Below are positions 37,528 through 46,288 of a stretch of 64,000 nucleotides of DNA, one piece after another. The position numbers and the translations under genes are program-made. Each line of letters begins with the position of its first letter. Positions within the stretch are counted from its first letter, which is position 1. The notes beneath the pieces were generated by a model, which saw only the letters and a list, made by a program, of their open reading frames with translations, made no database searches and was not told the origin of the DNA. The stretch is from Gloeobacterales cyanobacterium (lineage in GTDB: Bacteria; Cyanobacteriota; Cyanobacteriia; Gloeobacterales; PMM-0068), in NCBI GenBank assembly GCA_038245785.1, contig JBBRSB010000001.1:82725-146724 (forward strand), in the 5' to 3' direction.

Positions 37528-38838
37528 TTGACCCGCGTTATTTTGGTTCGTCATGGACAGAGTAATTGGAACGAACGGGGTCTGATTCAAGGCCGCAAGG
37601 ACGAATCTATCTTGACCGCTAAAGGTCTTGAGCAGGCTCTTAGCGTGGCGCGGGCACTGAAGACGGTGTCGATTGACCAGTGCTTTTCCAGCCCGCTACA
37701 GCGGGCGCGTGAAACCGCACGGACCGCCGTAGAAAGTCACGGCCTAGAACCAAAATTCTTAGACAGTCTGTGCGAGATTAACCTCACTTCTTGGGAGGGA
37801 CTGGCCCATCAAGACGTAAAGACACAACAACCGGAGGTCCATGCTCAGTGGCACCATCATCCTGAAACTTTTGAATTGGATGGCCGTCTGCCTGTTGTAG
37901 AACTGTGGCAACAGGCCCAGGTCGCCTGGGAAGCTATTTTTGCCCGTGCCCAAGAACTGCCTGAACGGGCCGGACGCAAAACTCTCCTGGTAGTGGCCCA
38001 TAATGCCATCAACCAAGCCTTGCTCTGCACAGCACTGGGACTACCGCCCAGTGCTTTCCGCCGTTTCCAGCAAGACAATGCGGGGATCAGTGTCCTATCT
38101 TTCCCTGAGAAAGGTCCTGTAGTGCTGGAATCGATGAATCAGACCGCCCACAATGGGCAACCTTTTCCCCGACGGAAAGAGAAAGGAGGAAGAATTCTTC
38201 TGATCCGTCATGGCGAAACCGATTGGAACCGGGCAGAACGTTTCCAAGGACAAATTGATATTCCCTTGAATGAACAGGGAATGGCCCAAGCGGAAAAGGC
38301 CGGAGAATTTTTGAAAGGCACGCAGCTTGATTTAGCCTTTTGCAGTCCTTTGTCTCGCCCTCTAGAGACCTGTAAAACGGTGCTTGCTCATCATGGAGAA
38401 GTTCCCTTAACCCTGATAGATGACCTGCAAGAAATTTCCCATGGACTCTGGGAAGGAAAACTCAAAGAAGAGATTCAAGCTCAATTTCCTGGAGCCCTAG
38501 AACAGTGGGCTCAAACGCCCCAAGTCGTCCAGATGCCTGAAGGAGAAAATCTGCAACAGGTATGGGAGCGCTCTTTGCGGGCATGGCAGGATTTAGTAGA
38601 AAAAACAGGAGACCATACGGCGCTGGTTGCCGCCCACGATGCTATCAATAAAGCGATTGTGGCTGGGGTTTTAGGCTTACCCCCTGCTTCTTTTTGGACT
38701 TTTAAACAGGGCAATGGGGCGGTGACCATCTTTGACTATCCCGATGGTCCTCAAGGAAAGCCCGTTCTGGCTGCGGTCAACCTGACCTCTCACCTGGGCG
38801 GAGGGATTTTTGACTGTACGGCAGCGGGTGCGCTGTAG
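37528..38838 (+). CDS. tandem histidine phosphatase (phosphoglycerate-mutase-like) protein
   Basis: Two complete HP domains, each with an RHG motif (LVRHGQSNWN at the N-terminus, LIRHGETDWN near residue 225). TTG start per the track. Confidence 0.85.
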   Translation: MTRVILVRHGQSNWNERGLIQGRKDESILTAKGLEQALSVARALKTVSIDQCFSSPLQRARETARTAVESHGLEPKFLDSLCEINLTSWEGLAHQDVKTQQPEVHAQWHHHPETFELDGRLPVVELWQQAQVAWEAIFARAQELPERAGRKTLLVVAHNAINQALLCTALGLPPSAFRRFQQDNAGISVLSFPEKGPVVLESMNQTAHNGQPFPRRKEKGGRILLIRHGETDWNRAERFQGQIDIPLNEQGMAQAEKAGEFLKGTQLDLAFCSPLSRPLETCKTVLAHHGEVPLTLIDDLQEISHGLWEGKLKEEIQAQFPGALEQWAQTPQVVQMPEGENLQQVWERSLRAWQDLVEKTGDHTALVAAHDAINKAIVAGVLGLPPASFWTFKQGNGAVTIFDYPDGPQGKPVLAAVNLTSHLGGGIFDCTAAGAL

Positions 38839-38947
38839 ATAGCTCCTTTGTGGGATCGCCCTCAAGGCTGGGGAAATATAAAACAGCGCTGTAGGCTTAT
38901 AGCCAAGAGAAACGGTTAAATTAGGAACAGCATAACTACGAGGTCTT

Positions 38948-39604
38948 ATGCTCGAAGCGATCCAGCCTTATCTGGAAACCTATGGTTACTGGGTAATTGC
39001 TCTTATTATTCTTTTAGAAAATGCTGGAGTGCCGCTGCCGGGCGAAACAACACTGATCCTTGGAGGTGTTCTAGCTAACCAGGGTGCGCTTAGTCTTCCC
39101 TTAGTGCTCTTAGCAGCCATTACCGGAGCAATTATTGGGGATAACTGCGGTTACTTTATTGGCCGACGCTATGGGCGGGGCTTAGTCCTTAAGTTTGGCA
39201 AGAATTTTGGTCTTTCTCCAGCAAAATTCGCTAAAGCGGAGGAAGGATTTCTAAAAAATAGCGCTTGGGCTGTATTTTTTGGTCGTTTTATCGTTCTTCT
39301 AAGAGTTTTAGCTGGTCCACTGGCAGGGATCACCCAAATGCCCTGGCCCAAATTTTTCTTGTTCAACGCTATGGGCGCCATCGCTTGGGCCAGTGCTATT
39401 GGAACAGCAAGTTATATCTTTGGTCAGCAGGTAGAAACCTTCTTCAAAGACTTGGGTATTTGGGCTTTAGTGATTACGGTGGTGCTGGTAATTGGATTCT
39501 CTGTAACGCGTACCTACTTTGAAGAACGCAAGCTAGAACAAGAAATTAAGGAAGCGGAAAAAAAAGATGAAACCGTAGCTCCCCCTGAGAAAATTTCTAA
39601 GTAG
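38948..39604 (+). CDS. DedA family membrane protein
   Basis: ENAGVPLPGETTLILGG...GDNCGYFIGRRYG is the DedA/SNARE-associated signature. Confidence 0.85.
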   Translation: MLEAIQPYLETYGYWVIALIILLENAGVPLPGETTLILGGVLANQGALSLPLVLLAAITGAIIGDNCGYFIGRRYGRGLVLKFGKNFGLSPAKFAKAEEGFLKNSAWAVFFGRFIVLLRVLAGPLAGITQMPWPKFFLFNAMGAIAWASAIGTASYIFGQQVETFFKDLGIWALVITVVLVIGFSVTRTYFEERKLEQEIKEAEKKDETVAPPEKISK

Positions 39605-39628
39605 CTTAGGCCTGTGAGGAGTGCGCAA

Positions 39629-39895
39629 ATGCCGTGGTTTGCCAAAATTGAACGAGGGATTGTAGACAAACCGATCTTTGACCGGCATGTGGCTGCGCAC
39701 AAAGAGTATGTACAACAATTAAATGAAAAGGGTCACCATGCCCGCACCGGATATTGGAGAGAACGCGGCGGTGGCATGTTGCTATTCGAGGCCGCTTCTA
39801 TGGATGAAGCCCTGGCCATCGTCGCCCAAGACCCTCTTGTAGAGAGTGGTTGTGTAGAATATCAATTGCACGAATGGGTGGTAGTCGTTGAATAG
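39629..39895 (+). CDS. YciI family protein
   Basis: MPWFAKIE...HKEYVQQL...A.SMDEALAIVAQDPLVESG. Start moved to ATG 39629. Confidence 0.75.
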   Translation: MPWFAKIERGIVDKPIFDRHVAAHKEYVQQLNEKGHHARTGYWRERGGGMLLFEAASMDEALAIVAQDPLVESGCVEYQLHEWVVVVE

Positions 39896-39904
39896 CTGAA
39901 ACCT

Positions 39905-41053
39905 TCAAATACTAACCACCGTTCTTAAAACTGCCAATAGTTTTTCTATTTCCCAAGGCTCATTAAAGTAGTGCACAGAAGCCCTAAAGCATAGAGGCTG
40001 TGGGATCATCCGTACATAAACTTTTTGAGCTTCTAACTGTTGAACGATGCGAATCAGTTCTTTAGGAGTAGTGAGGGCAGGTGCATGCCAACAGACCAAT
40101 CCAGCCTCCGGGGCTTCAGAGTGAATCGGCTCCAGTCCAGGAATATCTTGCAACCCTAACCAGAGTTGCTTCGCTAATTCCAGAATCCTTGCGTATCGCT
40201 CTTCCCTCGTCCCAAAGGATTGATGCAGCTTGAGAGACTGTGCCAGCCCAAAAAATAATTCACTGGGCAAGGTTGCCACTTCGAAGCGTTGCCCATTCTT
40301 ATACCAGGGAAAAGGTTCTACATAGGCAGAAGCACTGCGCCATCCCACATAGGTAGGCCGGATCTGTTCTAAAATCTCTGGCCGAATATAGAGATAGCCA
40401 ATTCCTGCTGGCCCCATCCACCACTTATGGCAGGTAGACCCATAAAAATCCACACCACATTCCTCAAAGGCAGCGGGGATCACCCCTGAACTTTGGGCTC
40501 CATCCCAAAGCACCAGTGCTCCCTGTTTGCGACAAACTGCTGTAATTTCTTTAATCGGCAGAACCTGGCCTGTATTCCAGAGGACATGAGAGAGGAGAAT
40601 CAATTTTGTATTTGGCTTCAATGCTTGTTCAATCGCTGTCACAGGGTCTTGAGCGCCCAAGAGGTCGAACTTTTGTATTTCCAAGTTATATCGTTGAGCC
40701 ACGGCATGGGCAGGCAGAAAGGCTCCCGGATGTTCACAGTCTGAAATCATCAGCCCATCTCCGGCCTGCCAGTCTAAGCCCCACAGGGGGATATTCATGC
40801 TGTGGCTGGTACTTTCCGTAAAACTCAGAGCGTCAGGACTACAGCCCAAAGAGTCGGCCAAAAGCGAGCGGGTCTGGGTAATCTGCCCTGTGATCCACTG
40901 TTCGGCCTCCATCGAAAAAGGTCCCCGCCGCTGGACGGCTCGATAGGCTGCGCTAATCGCCTCGATGGTCGATTCAGGCAGTAATCCCTGACCACCATGA
41001 TTAAAATACAGCCGATTTTCTAGGGTTAATTCAGTCCTGAAGGGATGGGGCAT
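39905..41053 (-). CDS. class V aminotransferase (cysteine desulfurase / epimerase-like)
   Basis: 382 aa. The PLP-lysine context is YGSTCHKWWMGPAGIGYLY. Confidence 0.85.
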   Translation of the reverse strand: MPHPFRTELTLENRLYFNHGGQGLLPESTIEAISAAYRAVQRRGPFSMEAEQWITGQITQTRSLLADSLGCSPDALSFTESTSHSMNIPLWGLDWQAGDGLMISDCEHPGAFLPAHAVAQRYNLEIQKFDLLGAQDPVTAIEQALKPNTKLILLSHVLWNTGQVLPIKEITAVCRKQGALVLWDGAQSSGVIPAAFEECGVDFYGSTCHKWWMGPAGIGYLYIRPEILEQIRPTYVGWRSASAYVEPFPWYKNGQRFEVATLPSELFFGLAQSLKLHQSFGTREERYARILELAKQLWLGLQDIPGLEPIHSEAPEAGLVCWHAPALTTPKELIRIVQQLEAQKVYVRMIPQPLCFRASVHYFNEPWEIEKLLAVLRTVVSI

Positions 41054-41150
41054 AAGCTATGAGAAAATGAAAGGAATCCAGAGTACGATAGAGAAGCGGC
41101 TAATCACCGGAAAACCCGTCGGAATTAGAGTGATTGAGGGTACCTCGTTC

Positions 41151-41423
41151 ATGGTTAAGGTTATCATCCCCGCCCCCTTGCGGCGCTATGCTCAAGAACA
41201 AGAATCCCTTGACCTAGAAGGGCACACCGTCCAAGAGGTTCTTGCCAATCTCATCGGCACCTATGGTGACTTGAAAAAGCATCTCTACACGGAAGAAGGT
41301 AAACTGAGAAACTTCGTCAACGTCTATGTCAACGACGAAGATATCCGGCATCTGCAGCAGGAAAAAACTCCGATTACAGAAGGTGCCACCGTTAGCATCG
41401 TGCCTTCTATCGCTGGCGGTTAA
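41151..41423 (+). CDS. MoaD/ThiS family sulfur-carrier protein
   Basis: MVKVIIPAPLRRY...VNDEDIRHL...ATVSIVPSIAGG* has a β-grasp pattern and a C-terminal Gly-Gly. The track ORF begins at 41067, but the ATG at 41151 gives the usual ~90-aa length. Confidence 0.8.
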   Translation: MVKVIIPAPLRRYAQEQESLDLEGHTVQEVLANLIGTYGDLKKHLYTEEGKLRNFVNVYVNDEDIRHLQQEKTPITEGATVSIVPSIAGG

Positions 41424-41455
41424 TTTTCGACTCCTAACTAAGATTTAGAATACTC

Positions 41456-42634
41456 ATGCTCAACCCAGATCTTGCAACCATTAATTTGACGCCCGATGAT
41501 TACGAGCGTTACTCTCGCCACCTGATTCTTCCAGAAGTGGGTGTGGATGGACAGAAGAAACTGAAAGCCGCTTCTGTTCTGTGTGTCGGTACCGGAGGAC
41601 TTGGTTCTCCCCTGGCTCTGTATTTGGCAGCAGCGGGTATTGGACGGATTGGTCTCGTCGATTTTGATGTGGTAGACCGTTCGAATCTTCAACGCCAGAT
41701 TATTCATGGCGAAGAATGGGTTGGCAAACCCAAAGTTCAGTCAGCCGCCCATCGAATTAAGAGCATCAATCCCTATATCCAAGTGGACATTCACGAAGTT
41801 CCGTTTACTTCTGAGAATGCTCTGGAAATCGGCAAAGATTATGACCTGATTATTGATGGAACGGATAATTTCCCGACCCGCTATTTGGTCAACGACGCCT
41901 GTGTTCTTTTAGGCAAGCCGAACGTCTATGGTTCTATCTTCCGTTTTGAAGGTCAGGCCACGGTCTTCCACTACGAGGATGGTCCTTGCTATCGCTGTCT
42001 TTATCCAGAACCACCGCCTCCAGGATTAGTCCCTAGCTGTGCGGAAGGCGGGGTCTTGGGCATTCTGCCTGGCATGATTGGCGTTATCCAAGCCACGGAA
42101 GCGGTCAAAATCATCCTTGGCGTTGGCACGACCCTTAAAGGTCGCCTGATGCTCTATGATTCCTTGAAGATGCAGTTCCGGGAACTTAAGCTCCGGCGCA
42201 ATCCCGAATGCCCTGTGTGCGGTGACCACCCAACGGTGACCAAGCTGATCGACTATCAAGAGTTCTGTGGTATTCCCCAAGCTGAAGCAGAGGAAAAAGC
42301 AATGGCGATTCCTGAAATCACGGTTAAAGAGTTAGCGGCTAAGTTAGATCAACCTGGCGTTGTCCTGATTGATGTGCGCAATCCCAATGAGTTTGAAATT
42401 GGGCGTATTCCTGGTTCTGTCTTGATTCCTTTGTCAGAGATTGAGGATGGTCAGGGCGTAGCAAAGGTGAAAGAACTGGCAGACGGCAAAGAGCTTTATG
42501 TCCACTGCAAGATGGGCGGACGTTCAGCCAAAGCCTTACAGGTTCTCGCTGAAAAAGGCGTCCATGGAACGAATGTCAAAGGCGGCATTAATGCTTGGTC
42601 TGAAGAAGTAGATTCTTCTGTGCCGAAGTATTAA
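41456..42634 (+). CDS. moeB: MoeB/MoeZ-type adenylyltransferase with a C-terminal rhodanese domain
   Basis: YSRHLILPEVG..GQ.KL, GTGGLGS, the zinc Cys pairs CYRC / CPVC, and rhodanese CKMGGRS. Confidence 0.92.
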   Translation: MLNPDLATINLTPDDYERYSRHLILPEVGVDGQKKLKAASVLCVGTGGLGSPLALYLAAAGIGRIGLVDFDVVDRSNLQRQIIHGEEWVGKPKVQSAAHRIKSINPYIQVDIHEVPFTSENALEIGKDYDLIIDGTDNFPTRYLVNDACVLLGKPNVYGSIFRFEGQATVFHYEDGPCYRCLYPEPPPPGLVPSCAEGGVLGILPGMIGVIQATEAVKIILGVGTTLKGRLMLYDSLKMQFRELKLRRNPECPVCGDHPTVTKLIDYQEFCGIPQAEAEEKAMAIPEITVKELAAKLDQPGVVLIDVRNPNEFEIGRIPGSVLIPLSEIEDGQGVAKVKELADGKELYVHCKMGGRSAKALQVLAEKGVHGTNVKGGINAWSEEVDSSVPKY

Positions 42635-42672
42635 GTGACTCCTAGCCTCCCGTAGAGAAGCTAACTCCTAGG

Positions 42673-42727
42673 GCAAGAAGGACGGCGATAGCCGGGGGAT
42701 TACGTTCGCTTTAATTAAGCCTACCCA
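42673..42727 (+). repeat. short dispersed repeat, copy 2 (with a 13-nt insertion)
   Basis: GCAAGaaGGACGGCGATAGCCGGGGGatt[acgttcgctttaa]TTAAGCCtACCCA. Confidence 0.65.
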
Positions 42728-42748
42728 ACTCAATATCGCTCAATGTAG

Positions 42749-42928
42749 GGCCTGATTCGTAACACCATAGGGCTTCAACTTTCAGATACCAAAAAATCAG
42801 CATCCGCGTCTCTGGTTGGAGAAACCTCCTTGCGGGATTACCTGGCGAAGTATGGCATGCAGATAGCTCCCTTATTTCCAGATTTAGCCCAAGAGTTAAA
42901 AAGATTTCCTAGGCCATCAAATAGTTAG
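42749..42928 (+). pseudogene. possible 3' remnant of an FRG-domain-like gene
   Basis: A 59-codon open frame ends ..SLRDYLAKYGMQIAPLFPDLAQELKRF... The xLFPDL ending resembles FRG-domain C-termini as I recall them. There is no start codon context and no N-terminal part. Confidence 0.3.
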
Positions 42929-43407
42929 CTAAAGCATTGATTACGGTTACCTTGCGCCTAATCTAATTCCTGCAGGGCTGAGCGTATAGCTATAAGTCAG
43001 TTGCAGCCTAACGCAAATTTAAGAATGCAAACTATTCACGTAAGTGGATTTACTAGAATTTTTCCATTGCGGAACTTTTTGTTTAAGAGAACATCATGAG
43101 TGAAATCCTAAAGAGTCATGTTCATCAAGTAACAAATAAATATTGCTTGAAGTAGCTCCAAATATAATCTACTTCAATGGGTAGAGCTTTGATGGTCTTC
43201 TAGATCTCAGTTTTCCCACCACAGCCTTTTTCAAGCATAGCTCCGTGAAGGCCAAGTCTTATGATTTTAGACCCTGTTTCCTAAGTGTAAAGACACTTAA
43301 AAACACGTAAAAACACGCAGATAACTAATTGGTGAAAGTAGATAGTTTACTAAGTGCTGTGCTTGAGCATCGATCGAACGTTAGTCTTAACCTCTCAATA
43401 ATATTCT

Positions 43408-44424
43408 ATGAAAAACACCGTAGCTGCAGTGGTTGTCACGTTTAATCGGAAACAACTCCTTTCAGAATGTTTGGATGCTCTGCTATCACAAACATATGCT
43501 CTAAACAAGATCATCTTGATTGACAATGCTTCTACGGACGGAACCTATAAATTCTTACGAGAGAAAGGCTATTTAGATAACTCTTTGATTAATTATATTT
43601 GTTTGTCTGAGAATACAGGAGGCGCGGGGGGCTTTCATGAGGGTGCAAGGAGGGCCTACGAAGATGGCTATGAGTGGATTTGGTTAATGGACGACGATGC
43701 TGAACCTCAGTTCGATGCCCTGGAAAAGTTGGCGCAACACTTCGGCCGCGATAAGAACACTGCCTTGGCCTCTACCGTTATGACCTCGGGACTCATTGCC
43801 TGCGAACATAGAGGACTGATTGATTTTCAAAAAGTTTTTCCCACGCTCCAAACACCTTTGCCCATCGGTTCTTACCAACAGAAGATTGTAGAAATTGATA
43901 TGGCTTCCTTCGTCGGTATTTTGGTAAACAGACAGATCATTGACAAGATAGGACTGCCAAGAAAAGAGTTTTTTATCTATCATGACGATACGGAGTACTG
44001 TATTCGCCTAAGGCAAATAGGAAAGATTTTCCTTATTACAGATAGTATTATTTTTCATAAATCTGAATCTGAAAAGTTAAGAAAAAAGGTGGACTTTCAG
44101 GGTGTTAAATTCTCAATGAATCCCCATGATAAGCTATGGTTTGAATATTTTGAAAGACGGAACTTGGTTTGGCTAGGTATAGTCCATGGAAAAAAAAGAC
44201 TAGCCTTTTATCTGGGTCTTCTTTTCTATTATTTTAGAAGTCTTCTTAAAATAATTCTTTTTGCTGACTTTAAGCTTAAGCGCGCTGATTTGTTAACAGC
44301 CTCATACTATGATGGCTTAAAAGGAAACTTTGGCAAAAATACTAAGCCAAAAGAAATCTTGTCCGACGAAGGTTTTAAAAAAAATCAACTACATGTTCAA
44401 ACGCTTCAAGATTATGAATCCTAA
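43408..44424 (+). CDS. family 2 glycosyltransferase
   Basis: AAVVVTFNRKQLL..CLDALLSQTY....IILIDNASTDGT and WLMDDDAEP (DxD region). Visibly AT-rich. Confidence 0.85.
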   Translation: MKNTVAAVVVTFNRKQLLSECLDALLSQTYALNKIILIDNASTDGTYKFLREKGYLDNSLINYICLSENTGGAGGFHEGARRAYEDGYEWIWLMDDDAEPQFDALEKLAQHFGRDKNTALASTVMTSGLIACEHRGLIDFQKVFPTLQTPLPIGSYQQKIVEIDMASFVGILVNRQIIDKIGLPRKEFFIYHDDTEYCIRLRQIGKIFLITDSIIFHKSESEKLRKKVDFQGVKFSMNPHDKLWFEYFERRNLVWLGIVHGKKRLAFYLGLLFYYFRSLLKIILFADFKLKRADLLTASYYDGLKGNFGKNTKPKEILSDEGFKKNQLHVQTLQDYES

Positions 44425-46243
44425 ACAGGAATCAAGAGGTGGTAACACAAAGACTATCCAGTTACTCCTTCCCTTCTTTAAAGACTATCCCTGGCTCATT
44501 CCTAGCATTGTCATCCTTGGGACCCTATCCTCTTTGTGCGAAGGGATTGGGCTGGGCTTATTCATACCATTCATCCAAAGTTTGAGCAGAACTGAAATCC
44601 ATACCACGGGGAATCGTTTCATTGACTTTGGGAATGGTTTGTTTTCTCACGTTGCTTTGGAGTATCGTCTTCCCCTGATTGGCCTCTGTATCTTCGGCAG
44701 CATTGTCCTCAAAAATGCTTTAAGTTATGGCAACTTGATGCTCTTTTCCTGGTTCAACGGCTGTATTGAAGATCAATTGCGTTCCAAAGTTCACCAGCAA
44801 ATTTTGGACCTGGCGGGTGAATTTATAGAACTGATTCCATCCGGGAAACTGATCAACATGCTGGATGGTGAAACGGCGCATACAGGGCGCTCTTTGGGCA
44901 TTTTGGTTAGCCTAATCGTTTGTGTTTGTACGATTGCCGTCTTTACGCTGCTCCTCTTGCTCATCTCCTGGCCGTTAACGTTGGTCGTAGGAGGATTCAT
45001 GGCCCTGATCTCCTGGTCAATTCAACTGGTTAAAGGCCGCGTACAGAAGCTAGGAAAAAAAGCGGCTGAGACCAGAAATACTCTTGCTATACAAATGTTG
45101 GAGAACTTGTCGGGACTGAGCGTGATTCGTTCTTTCACCCGAGAAAGAAGCGAACAACAATGTTTTGACGCTAATTCTCAAAATGTTCGCAATGCGGCTT
45201 TTCAGCTAAAAGCGTTAGCCAGTGTTGTAACCCCGCTCTCAGAGATTCTTGCCACTGCTTTGCTGGCAGCGGTACTTGTGATGGCAGGCCCCTTACTCTT
45301 TAAAGACCAGGCTGTTGCTTTGCCGACTTTGCTTACGTTTATTTTTATGCTCTACCGTCTACAGCCTCAGGTTCGGATGTTAGATGATTATCGATTGTCT
45401 CTGGCTTCCCTGGCCAGCCCAATTGAGCGCGTGGTCGGGTTTTTGGAACGGTCTGACAAACCCTATATCTGTTCTGGTCCCCGTCCTATTCCCCACTGGA
45501 AAGAGGCCATTCGATTCGATCACGTTACCTTCTGCTATGGAACATCAGAATCACCAGCGTTGCAAGATATCTCGTTTGCTATTCCCAAAGGGAAAACTAC
45601 TGCTTTAGTGGGTCCTTCTGGCGCAGGCAAATCCACCATTGCCAAACTTATCCCGCGCTTCTACGAAGTGACGGAAGGTGAAATTTATTTGGACCATGAG
45701 CCCCTATGTTCTTATAACCTCACCGATTGGCGTTCCCAAATTGGCATTGTCAGTCAGGATGTTTATGTCTTTAACACCACGATTCGAGAAAACATTGCCT
45801 ACAGTCGCCCGGAGGCCAGCTGGGCGCAAGTTGTGGCGGCTGCCCAACAAGCAAATGCTCATGAATTTATCAGTCAACTGCCTCAAGGCTATGACACCGT
45901 TGTTGGGAACCGAGGCATTCGGCTTTCTGGGGGTGAACAACAGCGGATTGCAATTGCTCGAGCCGTACTGCTGGACCCTAAGATTTTAATTCTTGATGAG
46001 GCGACCTCGGCCTTGGACCCTATTTCTGAGCGTCTCATCCAGGAGGCTTTAGCCCGGCTCACGCAGAACCGTACGGTGATTGTCATTGCTCACCGATTCT
46101 CTACTATCGAGCAGGCTGACCAGATTATCGTTTTAGAAAGAGGACGCATTGTAGAGCAGGGTAGTCGTCAGTACCTGCTTGACCGTAAAGGACTTTATAC
46201 GCGTCTTCACGAACTGCAAGTTCCTGGTCTTTCCACTGATTAG
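44393..46243 (+). CDS. ABC exporter, fused permease and ATPase (MsbA-like)
   Basis: Six-TM N-terminal half, Walker A GPSGAGKST, signature LSGGEQQR and Walker B ILILDEATSALD. The start (44393 or 44414) overlaps the preceding GT2 gene. Confidence 0.9.
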   Translation: MFKRFKIMNPKQESRGGNTKTIQLLLPFFKDYPWLIPSIVILGTLSSLCEGIGLGLFIPFIQSLSRTEIHTTGNRFIDFGNGLFSHVALEYRLPLIGLCIFGSIVLKNALSYGNLMLFSWFNGCIEDQLRSKVHQQILDLAGEFIELIPSGKLINMLDGETAHTGRSLGILVSLIVCVCTIAVFTLLLLLISWPLTLVVGGFMALISWSIQLVKGRVQKLGKKAAETRNTLAIQMLENLSGLSVIRSFTRERSEQQCFDANSQNVRNAAFQLKALASVVTPLSEILATALLAAVLVMAGPLLFKDQAVALPTLLTFIFMLYRLQPQVRMLDDYRLSLASLASPIERVVGFLERSDKPYICSGPRPIPHWKEAIRFDHVTFCYGTSESPALQDISFAIPKGKTTALVGPSGAGKSTIAKLIPRFYEVTEGEIYLDHEPLCSYNLTDWRSQIGIVSQDVYVFNTTIRENIAYSRPEASWAQVVAAAQQANAHEFISQLPQGYDTVVGNRGIRLSGGEQQRIAIARAVLLDPKILILDEATSALDPISERLIQEALARLTQNRTVIVIAHRFSTIEQADQIIVLERGRIVEQGSRQYLLDRKGLYTRLHELQVPGLSTD

Positions 46244-46288
46244 CCCTCTGTCTTAAAAGTCTGAAAAGTTACACGCTTCAAAACTAAA

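Noticed and set aside
41067-41150. 28-codon N-terminal extension of the MoaD-like ORF. I also considered a Moco riboswitch in 41054-41150.
   Set aside because: The extension would make an atypically long carrier protein, so the ATG at 41151 is preferred. No Moco-motif conserved elements were recognised.
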